Source: Paracoccaceae bacterium
GTDB lineage: Bacteria; Pseudomonadota; Alphaproteobacteria; Rhodobacterales; Rhodobacteraceae
DNA: 64,000 bases
Assembly: GCA_040880065.1 (NCBI GenBank)
Contig: JBBDJE010000003.1
Location: 102,772-166,771 of the forward strand
Direction: 5' to 3'
The notes beneath the pieces are model-generated. The model had not been told where the DNA came from and did no database searches. It was given only the letters and a program-made list of their open reading frames with translations. The stretch's first letter is position 1, and the number at the start of each line of letters is the position of its first letter. Below, piece after piece: positions 41,265 through 51,112 of this stretch. Both the position numbers and the translations under genes were made by a program.

Positions 41265-41900
41265 ATGACTTTGGCCAAACTTCAAAACCTGAATTACCCC
41301 GGCGATGATAAAATTGATGCAGCGCGCCTTAAAGTTCTGGCGATGCAGATTGTGTTGCTCAATCAGGAGATCAAGGCGCGCGACCCGCGTGACGACAAAA
41401 AACAGGCGGCCAAGGCAAAAGGGCTGATCGCCGCTGTAAAACAGCTTATAAAAGATGCCAGCAGCAATGATGATTACATCAAGTCACGGCTCGGGGCGAT
41501 CAAGCAAGTTTATGAAATTTACAGCAAAACCTACGCAGTCGTCGACAAAATGGATGCGCCTACGAAAAAGCGGCTGGTAAATCCATCCTCGGTCAAAATT
41601 TCCGGTGACATGAAATCCAAGCTCAAAGGCAGCCGAAAAGCAGAGCTTGAAAGCGGGTATGACCACCTACTCAAGGAAATGAAAAAGCCTAAAAACTATG
41701 TGCAGCAGCAGGTCGATGGCGTATTTTCCCCGACCTATAACAAGCATGAGGCGCATGTTTCAGGCAAAGGAAACAGTTGGAAAGCCTATATAGAAGAGGG
41801 CACCAAAAACTCCAAATGGCGGCTATATTTCGTGATGAGCTTTGACGAGGCCAAGGAAGAGCTGACCGTGAAGCTGGCAAAGGCTGTCGAAGATCACTAG
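41265..41900 (+). CDS. Orphan Lys-rich protein with RelE/ParE-like C-terminal motif
   Basis: 211 aa. GC is lower than the neighbours (hand counts 27/60 and 25/60 in two samples). The C-terminus reads GNSWKAYIEEGTKNSKWRLYFVMSFDEAKEELTVKLAKAVEDH. The SD-to-ATG spacing is short, so the exact start is uncertain. Confidence 0.6.
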   Translation: MTLAKLQNLNYPGDDKIDAARLKVLAMQIVLLNQEIKARDPRDDKKQAAKAKGLIAAVKQLIKDASSNDDYIKSRLGAIKQVYEIYSKTYAVVDKMDAPTKKRLVNPSSVKISGDMKSKLKGSRKAELESGYDHLLKEMKKPKNYVQQQVDGVFSPTYNKHEAHVSGKGNSWKAYIEEGTKNSKWRLYFVMSFDEAKEELTVKLAKAVEDH

Positions 41901-41956
41901 CCGGTCTGGCCGCGCGGATCTGTGCAAATCACGCGGCCAACACGCGCCTTGGCGCG

Positions 41957-42184
41957 TTAATGCACCGAAACCGGGGCCATATTGTGTTCGCGCGCCAAAG
42001 CGAAGGCAAGATCACGGTTGGCAACTAGCGCAAGGCGCTGGCCATTCGCGTCATGCACGGCGAAAATCGAGGGCATATCGGCGGTTTGGGCGCGCATATC
42101 CTGCGGCAGGTCGGCGCGTTTGACAGGGCGGATATAGACCATCCGGTTCACATCGGTATCGCCAAAGTTATAAGGGGTGTGCAT
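41957..42184 (-). CDS. DUF1150 family protein
   Basis: 75 aa. MVYIRPVKRADLP...FAVHDANGQRLALVANRDLAFALAREHNMAPVSVH. This family typically lies downstream of hsp20 in alphaproteobacteria. Confidence 0.8.
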   Translation of the reverse strand: MHTPYNFGDTDVNRMVYIRPVKRADLPQDMRAQTADMPSIFAVHDANGQRLALVANRDLAFALAREHNMAPVSVH

Positions 42185-42193
42185 GGCGGCCTC

Positions 42194-42604
42194 CTATCCG
42201 TTGATTTTGATTTTGCGCATAACCGATTGCGGCGTCTTGCGCGTCAGGTCGATATGCAGCAAGCCGTTTTCCAGCCAAGCACCGCGCACCTCGACCCCGT
42301 CGGCCAGCACAAAGGCGCGCTGGAATTGCCGCGCCGCAATGCCACGATGCAGGAACACGCGCTCGGATGCGTCATCAACCTGATGACCGGCGATTTTAAG
42401 CTGGGCATCTTCAATGGTGATGGTCAGGTCAGCTTCGGCAAAACCGGCAACCGCAAGCGTGATGCGATAGGCGTTGTCGCCGGATTGTTCGATGTTATAG
42501 GGCGGGTAGCCATCGTTCTTGGTGGAGCGTTCCACCAAACGGTCGAGCTGTTCAAACCCCAATAGGAAGGGGTGCGTGGCAAAGCTTGCCTTGGTCATGG
42601 TCAT
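42194..42604 (-). CDS. Hsp20/alpha-crystallin family small heat-shock protein (IbpA-like)
   Basis: Internal start MTMTKASFATHPFLLGFEQLDRL...PPYNIEQSGDNAYRITLAVAGF...ENGLLHIDL (ATG at 42604 or 42598). Confidence 0.9.
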   Translation of the reverse strand: MTMTKASFATHPFLLGFEQLDRLVERSTKNDGYPPYNIEQSGDNAYRITLAVAGFAEADLTITIEDAQLKIAGHQVDDASERVFLHRGIAARQFQRAFVLADGVEVRGAWLENGLLHIDLTRKTPQSVMRKIKING

Positions 42605-42662
42605 AAAGCCCTTTTGTGAAGCGACTTGCAGGTAGCGGCCCCAAACGGGCACCGCAGCCATT

Positions 42663-42692
42663 AATATGGGCAGCAGGCGCGCAGGATGCAAG
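42663..42692 (-). promoter_or_regulatory. Candidate sigma-32 (RpoH) heat-shock promoter of hsp20-DUF1150
   Basis: The reverse strand reads CTTGCA-N15/16-(g)CCCATAT(t), compared with the consensus CTTGAA-N13-15-CCCCATNT. It lies about 60 nt upstream of the hsp20 ATG. Confidence 0.5.
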
Positions 42693-42749
42693 CCCTTGCC
42701 CCGCCCGGCACTTGGCGGCTAGTTTGAGCTGGCGCATTTGGAGTAAGCC

Positions 42750-42968
42750 ATGACCAACCAGACGACGATGAGCCATGACGCGATTTTGCGCTACGAACTT
42801 GAGCGACTAAAAGAAGAACACCGCGACCTTGATACCGCGATTGCCGCCATGCATGACGCCAATCGCGGCGATGCATTTACGCTGAAACGGCTAAAGCGCC
42901 AGAAACTGGCCCTAAAGGACCGGATTTTCCGTATCGAAGACGAATTGAACCCTGATATTATTGCCTAA
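42750..42968 (+). CDS. DUF465 (YdcH-like) protein
   Basis: 72 aa. ERLKEEHRDLDTAIAAM...TLKRLKRQKLALKDRIFRIEDEL is the DUF465 pattern. Confidence 0.8.
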   Translation: MTNQTTMSHDAILRYELERLKEEHRDLDTAIAAMHDANRGDAFTLKRLKRQKLALKDRIFRIEDELNPDIIA

Positions 42969-43357
42969 AGCTGCAACACCAGCCCCGCCCCGATGATCAG
43001 GCATAGCGGCCCGTAATAGCGCCAGTCGAGCCGCGCAAAGGGCATTTCGGGCGTGATGCGCCGCCAGGCAGGGCTATAGGCGGCCAGCCCGCGCAAAATG
43101 AACACCGCCGCCGCACCGCCAAGCCCTAAACTGCGCCAAATGCCAATGGGCCAGCCCATCAGCAACCAAATCACCGCTATAAGCGCCACCGCCACCAAGG
43201 CCGAGGGCACGGCACCGGGCATTGTGCGAATGTCTTTGAAACCGGCAATGGCGCGGGCCAGTTGCGTCTCATCCCGTATCGGCCACCAAAAGCCGATGGC
43301 CCAAAGAAGGTGCAATGCCGCCAATGCGGCCAGAATGGTGGCGAGGATCCATGTCAT
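42965..43357 (-). CDS. DUF3995-like membrane protein
   Basis: 130 aa with 4 hydrophobic segments. The N-terminus is ILAALAALHLLWAIGFWWP. Confidence 0.7.
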   Translation of the reverse strand: MTWILATILAALAALHLLWAIGFWWPIRDETQLARAIAGFKDIRTMPGAVPSALVAVALIAVIWLLMGWPIGIWRSLGLGGAAAVFILRGLAAYSPAWRRITPEMPFARLDWRYYGPLCLIIGAGLVLQL

Positions 43358-43463
43358 GATCGCAGCCTAGCAGCCACTTGGCCGCGCAGATATGCGGCAA
43401 ACCGCCCTTGCCCCTGACCGCCTTGCGGCTATGATGCGCGCTTCAATTCGGAAAGGGGCAGGC

Positions 43464-43949
43464 ATGGGCATTTCGGTTGGTATAATCATGGGCAGCCAGT
43501 CAGACTGGCCAACATTGCGCAAGGCGGCAGAGATGCTTGACGAGTTGGGCATTGGCTATGAGGCGAAGATCGTTTCGGCGCATCGCACCCCCGACAGGCT
43601 GTGGGACTATGGCCGCAATGCAGCAAGCCGTGGCTTGCAGGTGATTATCGCAGGGGCCGGTGGTGCGGCGCATTTGCCCGGCATGATGGCCAGCAAAACC
43701 CGCATTCCGGTGCTGGGCGTGCCCATTGAAACCCGCGCACTTGGCGGGCTCGACAGCCTTTATTCCATTGTTCAAATGCCGCGCGGCTTTCCTGTGGGCA
43801 CCATGGCCATTGGCGCGGCTGGCGCGGCCAATGCCGGGCTGATGGCGGCGGGCATTCTGGCACTGAATGACCCGGCGCTTGCAGCACGGCTCGATGCATG
43901 GCGCGACGCGCTCTCAGCCTCTATTCCCGAGGACCCTGTGAATGACTAG
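43464..43949 (+). CDS. purE: N5-carboxyaminoimidazole ribonucleotide mutase
   Basis: Internal start [18 protein letters not shown]...[10 protein letters not shown]...GGAAHLPGM (ATG at 43464). Confidence 0.95.
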   Translation: MGISVGIIMGSQSDWPTLRKAAEMLDELGIGYEAKIVSAHRTPDRLWDYGRNAASRGLQVIIAGAGGAAHLPGMMASKTRIPVLGVPIETRALGGLDSLYSIVQMPRGFPVGTMAIGAAGAANAGLMAAGILALNDPALAARLDAWRDALSASIPEDPVND

Positions 43950-45003
43950 CCCCCTGCCCCCCGGTTCCACTATCGGCATTTTAGGCGGCGGGCAGCTTGG
44001 CCGGATGCTGAGCGTTGCCGCCAGCCGCCTTGGGCTGGTTTGCCATATCTATGACCCCGATGCAGGCGCCCCTGCCGCCCAGGTTGCCGCAAAGCATGTG
44101 GTGGCGGGCTATGATGATCTGGCAGCGCTAAGCGCATTCGCGCAAGGTGTCGATGTTATCACCTACGAGTTTGAGAATATCCCCACGGCCGCGCTGGATG
44201 CGCTGGAAGCCTTGCGCCCCATCCACCCCAACCGCCGCGCGCTGGCCACCGCGCAAGACAGAATTGTTGAAAAACAGTTTCTTGCCGGGCTTGGCCTGCA
44301 GGTTGCACCCTTTGCGCCCGTCGCTTCGCTGGCCGAGCTGCAAGCGGCTTTGGTGCGCATCGGCACGCCTGCCATTCTGAAAACCACCCGCCTTGGCTAT
44401 GACGGCAAGGGGCAGGTGCGTATTGACAATGCCCACGAGGCTAAGGCCGCCTGGGCGCAGATGGCAGGTGCTGAGAGTGTGCTCGAAGGTTTTGTGGCGT
44501 TTGATCGCGAAATTTCCGTCATCGCGGCGCGCGGGCCGGACGGGGCGGTGACCTGCTATGATCCCGGCGAAAACGTGCATAAAAGCGGCATTTTGCACAC
44601 AACCACCGTGCCCGCCACGCTAAAAGCTGGCCAGCATATGGATGCGGTGCTGCTCGCCGGCCGCATTCTCAATGCGCTCGACTATGTTGGCGTGATGGGC
44701 GTGGAACTGTTCGTGACGGCCAGCGGCCTGATCGTCAACGAAATCGCCCCGCGCGTGCATAATTCCGGACATTGGACGCAGAATGCCTGCCTTGTCGACC
44801 AGTTTGAGCAGCATATCCGCGCGATTGCGGGCTGGAAGCTTGGCGATGGCAGCCGTCACGCCAATGCCGTGATGACCAATCTGATCGGCAATGATGTCAC
44901 TATCGCGCCCACCACCAACCAAGCCCTGCATTTATACGGCAAAGCCGAGGCAAGGCAGGGCCGCAAAATGGGCCATACCATCCGACTTTCCCCGAAAACC
45001 TGA
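43942..45003 (+). CDS. purK: N5-carboxyaminoimidazole ribonucleotide synthase
   Basis: 353 aa ATP-grasp protein. [11 protein letters not shown] and [14 protein letters not shown] are present. It overlaps purE by 8 nt. Confidence 0.93.
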   Translation: MTSPLPPGSTIGILGGGQLGRMLSVAASRLGLVCHIYDPDAGAPAAQVAAKHVVAGYDDLAALSAFAQGVDVITYEFENIPTAALDALEALRPIHPNRRALATAQDRIVEKQFLAGLGLQVAPFAPVASLAELQAALVRIGTPAILKTTRLGYDGKGQVRIDNAHEAKAAWAQMAGAESVLEGFVAFDREISVIAARGPDGAVTCYDPGENVHKSGILHTTTVPATLKAGQHMDAVLLAGRILNALDYVGVMGVELFVTASGLIVNEIAPRVHNSGHWTQNACLVDQFEQHIRAIAGWKLGDGSRHANAVMTNLIGNDVTIAPTTNQALHLYGKAEARQGRKMGHTIRLSPKT

Positions 45004-45322
45004 CCTGTCATTGACCCGACAGCCCCCGCGCCCAGCCGCCGGGACCTGTTCAGCCATTGGGCAGTGAAATGAGGGTTGGGGGGAAATGTGCGGGTTTGGT
45101 TTGCGAGGCGGAGGGGACGTTCGCGATTGTTCAGCATAGACTAACCTGAGCGGCGGCACCGCGCAGGGAGGGGGCGGTGCAAAGTCGCGAACCGTGGCTG
45201 TCGTTCCCGACGTGCCCGGCCCTTTGCGGTCATTGGCCGAGCGCGCCCGTTTCTACAATGCGGTTCACCAAAGCAGACATCTGAGATGTCATTGCGTTAT
45301 CACTGGTTGGAAGGCCCAGAAT

Positions 45323-46528
45323 ATGGCAAGTTTCAAAGAATTCAGTATCCGGAAAAATAGAATGAACAAGGCGGTTTCTACAAAATTGATACAAGAGCTG
45401 AGGCGTGAGCTGGCATCCGTTATTTCAGACTATAAGGCCTACGAAGTGCCGGGAGTCTGCGTGCGCTTGGGTTTGGCAGAAGGAAGCGAAGAGGAAGCGT
45501 TTCAGAGTAAATACAAGTATGCGTCCAGCAGGCTGGCAGCAATTGGGGTAGAACCTCTCATAGAAAAGGCTCGTTCTCTTTTGGACGAAGTTGACGCTTT
45601 CTCGCTCCGTGAGGCTGTAGAAAAGATCATAGATATGGGACGCTCCGATGTCACGAAGCTTACGCGCCGCCGCCTAGTGAAACTGCTTGCCAATGGTCAA
45701 TTGGTTAGTGAGCTCGATGATTACGCTTTTGTGGCAGCCGTCTTTCCGTTGGGGTACATGTCCGCACCCACTCCAAGTGACGATCGTACACTCGAAGAGT
45801 ACCTGATCCAACACACGCTTCGAAACGATGACCTCACACAGCAAGAGCATTTGGAATCTCTTGGACTGCTTTCTTGCTCTACCTCCCTATTGTTTCACTT
45901 TGTCGAGCAGCTCACTTCTGCCGAATATCAAAGTGAGGAACGCCAAAAGAAACTGTCGGCAAAGATCGACGCACTCCTGCGCTATGACGGGTACACATTG
46001 GCTGAAACAGGTAAGATCTCCGGATCACCGATTTTCAAGGTGATTGCCTTGCCCGAAGGAAATCCGGCTGATTTGAATATCACCGCGACGCTGAATGCCT
46101 TCGACCCCGATCAGATTGGCGAAAGATGGCGAAGAGCGCTTGACAGTAGGACAAAAGATCCGGAACGCGCAATCACTTTGGCCAGAACTCTTTTGGAAGA
46201 TGTTTGCAAATGGATCTTGCACGATGCAGGTGAGAGTTGGGAGGAAAAGGACGATCTACCTGTTCTGTATAAAAAGCTGTCTAAGGCGCTAAATTTGGCC
46301 CCTGATGATTATACTGAACAAGTATTCAAGCAAATCTTAAGCGGGTGCCAATCCGTTGTTACTGCACTCGGCGCGCTTCGAAACAAGTTGGGAGATGCTC
46401 ACAGCATCGGACCGCGGCGGATCAAGCCGGCAGCTCGGCACGCAGAATTGGCCGTTAATTTGTCAGGAACCATGGCAACGTTTCTTGTTTCAACTTGGAA
46501 CGCGAGGCAATCCAAAAACCAAAATTAG
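45323..46528 (+). CDS. Abortive-infection-like protein with C-terminal Abi_C/HEPN motif (AbiJ-like)
   Basis: Start at MASFKEF (ATG at 45323, GGAAGG RBS 9 nt upstream). The track ORF extension to 45194 is GC-rich non-coding-looking sequence. The C-terminus ILSGCQSVVTALGALRNKLGDAHSIG...ARHAELAVNLSGTMATFLV fits the Abi_C pattern with an R-x6-H HEPN-like motif. GC is lower (28/60 in a hand-counted sample). Confidence 0.7.
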   Translation: MASFKEFSIRKNRMNKAVSTKLIQELRRELASVISDYKAYEVPGVCVRLGLAEGSEEEAFQSKYKYASSRLAAIGVEPLIEKARSLLDEVDAFSLREAVEKIIDMGRSDVTKLTRRRLVKLLANGQLVSELDDYAFVAAVFPLGYMSAPTPSDDRTLEEYLIQHTLRNDDLTQQEHLESLGLLSCSTSLLFHFVEQLTSAEYQSEERQKKLSAKIDALLRYDGYTLAETGKISGSPIFKVIALPEGNPADLNITATLNAFDPDQIGERWRRALDSRTKDPERAITLARTLLEDVCKWILHDAGESWEEKDDLPVLYKKLSKALNLAPDDYTEQVFKQILSGCQSVVTALGALRNKLGDAHSIGPRRIKPAARHAELAVNLSGTMATFLVSTWNARQSKNQN

Positions 46529-46859
46529 CAATCTCAGTTGGAACAATCGCTTCTCCATAGCAAAACTATTCGACCTGTCCTCTATTGGAGCACAAGAAAG
46601 ACCCGATAATGAATGGCCGCTTATTTCTTAGCCATGTGGAACCTCGCACATGCAGCGAACGCCCACTCCCCGCCCCTCACGTCGATGGGCCGTTACATGC
46701 TGCGCTCGCTACGACCGGCAAGAATGCGGCTGGAACCTGCCCGCTGCACCCGTAGCATGAAAGGCTGGGCCGCTGGTCCGCAACGGGCTCAAACCGCACA
46801 CCACGCCCTGCAATAATGTCAGCGCGCCACGGCCCGCCAACGCGTATGTGTCCACCCCA

Positions 46860-46885
46860 CAAAAAACCCCGGCGAGGCCGGGGCT
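46860..46885 (-). terminator. Rho-independent terminator of yegP
   Basis: The reverse strand reads CCCCGGCctcGCCGGGGttttttg, 24 nt after the yegP stop. Confidence 0.65.
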
Positions 46886-46907
46886 GTTCTTGTGGTCTGG
46901 CGGGTTA

Positions 46908-47219
46908 TCAGCCCTTGTAGCCTTGGCGCGACGCATTCGCCTCGGCATCACCCTTGGCTTTGTAGCCTTCTGATGATGCGCCAACGATCTGTCCGTTGGA
47001 GGCTTTGCGCCGCCAGCGGTGTTCGCCGCGCTTGTCGGTGTAAAATTCCCATTTATCGCTGTCTTTCGGGCCACGGTTCATATTGGCCTCGCAGTCGGAC
47101 CTTGCTTTGTAGCCTTCGCTGGCCGCGCCAACAATCTGGCCATTGGTGGCTTTGCGCCGCCAGCGCCATTCGCCGCTTTTGTCCTGATACACTTCAAACT
47201 TGTCGTTCTCGCCTGCCAT
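46908..47219 (-). CDS. yegP: YegP family protein (two DUF1508 repeats)
   Basis: Internal start MAGENDKFEVYQDKSGEWRWRRKATNGQIVGAASEGYKARSDCEANM... The repeat then recurs as KWEFYTDKRGEHRWRRKASNGQIVGASSEGYKAKGDAEANA (ATG at 47219). Confidence 0.85.
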   Translation of the reverse strand: MAGENDKFEVYQDKSGEWRWRRKATNGQIVGAASEGYKARSDCEANMNRGPKDSDKWEFYTDKRGEHRWRRKASNGQIVGASSEGYKAKGDAEANASRQGYKG

Positions 47220-47434
47220 AAATTCGATCCTGTTGCTGCGCCAGCCCGTTTCGGCGGCTTCATTTGGGGTGCGGCACCCGGCCACATAATAACCTTGCAA
47301 AATCTTAACGAGGCCGCAAGCCTTTGGTTACCTGACGCAACTGTAAACGGGCGGGCAGGAAGCGGAACGGCTGCAGGGGTAAGGGATGAAATGTTTGTAT
47401 TGTTATTAAACTAGCAAAGTAGTTATATAGACCC

Positions 47435-47746
47435 ATGAGCACCTTACCCCGCCCCGATTCGCTAACGATAGCCCAAACCCTCGCCGCACTTGGCCATGCC
47501 GCGCGGATCGAGATTTTCCAGCTTCTGGTGCGCTGTGGCGATGCGGGAATGCTGGTGGGCGAGATTGGCACGCGGCTCAAGCTTACGCCATCGACCCTTG
47601 CCCACCATCTGAAAGCCATGGTCGACGCGAAGCTGATCACGCAGGAACGGCAGGGCCGTCAGGTGGTGAATCGCGCAAATTATACCACCCTTAACGGTGC
47701 TGTCGCATTCCTGATGGAGGAATGTTGCAAAGGCCCGCCCGACTAG
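47435..47746 (+). CDS. ArsR/SmtB family transcriptional regulator
   Basis: 103 aa. LAALGHAARIEIFQLLVRCGDAGMLVGEIGTRLKLTPSTLAHHLKAM is an ArsR HTH. Confidence 0.88.
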   Translation: MSTLPRPDSLTIAQTLAALGHAARIEIFQLLVRCGDAGMLVGEIGTRLKLTPSTLAHHLKAMVDAKLITQERQGRQVVNRANYTTLNGAVAFLMEECCKGPPD

Positions 47747-47788
47747 CTTTTTTTACCCAAACACAACCACAATGCTAGGATTATAGAT

Positions 47789-48826
47789 ATGACAGATACA
47801 AGCCTTTCCACCCCGTCGCCGCTTTGGCGGCAGATCAAACGCCAGCGGGTCTGGCTGATTAGTCTGGCGATATTGCTGGGCATGTTTGCCATTTCGCCGG
47901 TGCAGGCCATTGCAAATATCCGCTTTGTGGCAGATGCGCTGCTTGGCGTGCTGCCGTTTTTGCTGCTCTCGGTTGCGCTTGCCGCCTATAGCACAGCCAC
48001 GGGGGCTGACCAGTTGATTGCCCGCGCACTAAGCGGAAACCCCGTGAAAATGATCATCATCGCCGCGCTGGTTGGCGGGCTGTCGCCGTTTTGCTCTTGC
48101 GGGGTTATTCCGCTTATTGCCGCGCTTTTGGTGATGGGCGTGCCGCTTTCTGCGGTCATGGCCTTCTGGCTCGCTTCGCCGGTGATTGACCCGTCGATGT
48201 TCGTGCTGACCGCAGGCGTTTTGGGTCAGGGCTTTGCACTGGGCAAATTGCTTGCCGCCATCGGGCTGGGGATTGCAGGCGGCACCATGATACACCTTGC
48301 CACAAAGGCCGGGTATTTTTCGGATGTTTTGCGCCCCGAACTGACTGCGCGGGCCAATATGAGCCGCGTGACCGACCCCAAGCCGATTGTCTGGGCCTTT
48401 TGGCATGATGCCGGGCGGCGGGCGCGTTTCGGGCGCGAGGCGCAGTCTACCACGCTGTTTTTAGGCAAATGGCTGCTTTTGGCCTTTACGCTGGAAAGCC
48501 TGTTGCTCACCTATGTGCCAGCCGGGATGATTGCGGGCACGCTGGGTGGCGAAGGGCTTGGCCCGATTGCGCTGGCCACGGTGCTGGGCGTGCCTGCCTA
48601 TCTAAACGGTTATGCTGCGTTGCCGCTGGTTGACGGGTTGATGGGCCAAGGCATGAGCGCGGGGGCCGGCATGGCATTTCTGGTTGCTGGCGGCGTTACA
48701 TCCATGCCCGCAGCACTTGCGGTATGGGCTTTGGTGCGCCCGCCGGTCTTTGCGCTTTACATCGGCTTTGCATTGGTCGGCGCGTTTACATCGGGGCTGC
48801 TCTTTCAACTCGCAACAAGTCTTTAG
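47789..48826 (+). CDS. UPF0718/ArsP-like permease
   Basis: 345 aa polytopic protein. The LSPFCSCGVIPL motif (vicinal Cys pair) is as in ArsP/YraQ-type permeases. It is paired with the upstream ArsR. Confidence 0.8.
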   Translation: MTDTSLSTPSPLWRQIKRQRVWLISLAILLGMFAISPVQAIANIRFVADALLGVLPFLLLSVALAAYSTATGADQLIARALSGNPVKMIIIAALVGGLSPFCSCGVIPLIAALLVMGVPLSAVMAFWLASPVIDPSMFVLTAGVLGQGFALGKLLAAIGLGIAGGTMIHLATKAGYFSDVLRPELTARANMSRVTDPKPIVWAFWHDAGRRARFGREAQSTTLFLGKWLLLAFTLESLLLTYVPAGMIAGTLGGEGLGPIALATVLGVPAYLNGYAALPLVDGLMGQGMSAGAGMAFLVAGGVTSMPAALAVWALVRPPVFALYIGFALVGAFTSGLLFQLATSL

Positions 48827-48858
48827 AAACGAAAAGGGGCGCCCGATCAGGGCGCCCC
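48827..48858 (-). terminator. Rho-independent terminator of groESL
   Basis: The reverse strand reads GGGGCGCCCtgatcGGGCGCCCCttttcgtttc, 25 nt after the groEL stop. Confidence 0.6.
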
Positions 48859-48882
48859 ATATTCCTTGCGGAACGGGATGAT

Positions 48883-50544
<1,662 letters not shown>

Positions 50545-50569
50545 CTATAAATTCGAGGTTGGGCGCGGC

Positions 50570-50857
50570 TCAGGAAATAATTCCCAGCACGTCGCTTTCT
50601 TTCATGATCAGCAGGTCTTCGCCGTCGAGTTTGATCTCGGTGCCCGACCATTTGCCAAACAGGATGCGATCACCTGCTTTAACGTCCATCGGGATCAGCT
50701 CGCCGCTATCTTTGCGCGCGCCTGAGCCAACCGAAATGACTTCGGCTTCCGACGGTTTTTCTTTAGCGGAATCAGGAATGATCAGCCCGCCCTTGGTTTT
50801 TTCTTCGCCTTCAATGCGACGGACCAGGATACGGTCATGCAGAGGAGTGAATGCCAT
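50570..50857 (-). CDS. groS: Co-chaperonin GroES
   Basis: 95 aa. [33 protein letters not shown]. Confidence 0.98.
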   Translation of the reverse strand: MAFTPLHDRILVRRIEGEEKTKGGLIIPDSAKEKPSEAEVISVGSGARKDSGELIPMDVKAGDRILFGKWSGTEIKLDGEDLLIMKESDVLGIIS

Positions 50858-50903
50858 GAAAAGGCTCCTTTGAGACTACGTGTCTACGGTGGCTTTGGTA
50901 GTT

Positions 50904-50930
50904 TTAGCACTCGCCACCCTTAAGTGCTAA
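50904..50930. promoter_or_regulatory. CIRCE operator (HrcA binding site)
   Basis: TTAGCACTC-gccaccctt-AAGTGCTAA compared with the consensus TTAGCACTC-N9-GAGTGCTAA. It lies 47 nt upstream of the groES ATG. Confidence 0.85.
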
Positions 50931-50937
50931 CGCAGTG

Positions 50938-50966
50938 GATTTAGGCGTGCTGAAGCGCAGAGTCAA
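50938..50966 (-). promoter_or_regulatory. Candidate groESL promoter (-35 TTGACT / 17 nt / -10 TAAATC)
   Basis: The reverse strand reads TTGACTctgcgcttcagcacgccTAAATC, immediately upstream of CIRCE. This is the classic arrangement. Confidence 0.45.
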
Positions 50967-51055
50967 CGGGTGTGCGCGTTAATTTTCGGCTGGCCCTTAT
51001 TGCGCCAAATCCTGTTGGTCGCGGGGCGGGCGTGGCCCGCGCCGCGAGCGTAGAA

Positions 51056-51090
51056 AAGCAAAAAGGGTGGCGGATGTGCCCCGCCACCCC
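51056..51090 (-). terminator. Rho-independent terminator of the 521-aa orphan gene
   Basis: The reverse strand reads GGGTGGCGGggcacatCCGCCACCCtttttgcttttc, 24 nt after the stop at 51113. Confidence 0.6.
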
Positions 51091-51112
51091 GTTCAGGCGC
51101 CTGCCAACTGAC

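Noticed and set aside
45194-45322. N-terminal extension of the Abi-like ORF (MAVVPDVPGPLRSL...)
   Set aside because: The extension is GC-rich and Arg/Pro-rich, unlike the rest of the gene. A good RBS precedes the internal ATG at 45323.
47409-47424. AACTA-N6-TAGTT inverted repeat upstream of the ArsR gene as its operator
   Set aside because: The arms are only 5 bp and the extension is imperfect. It is plausible but too short to support from sequence alone.
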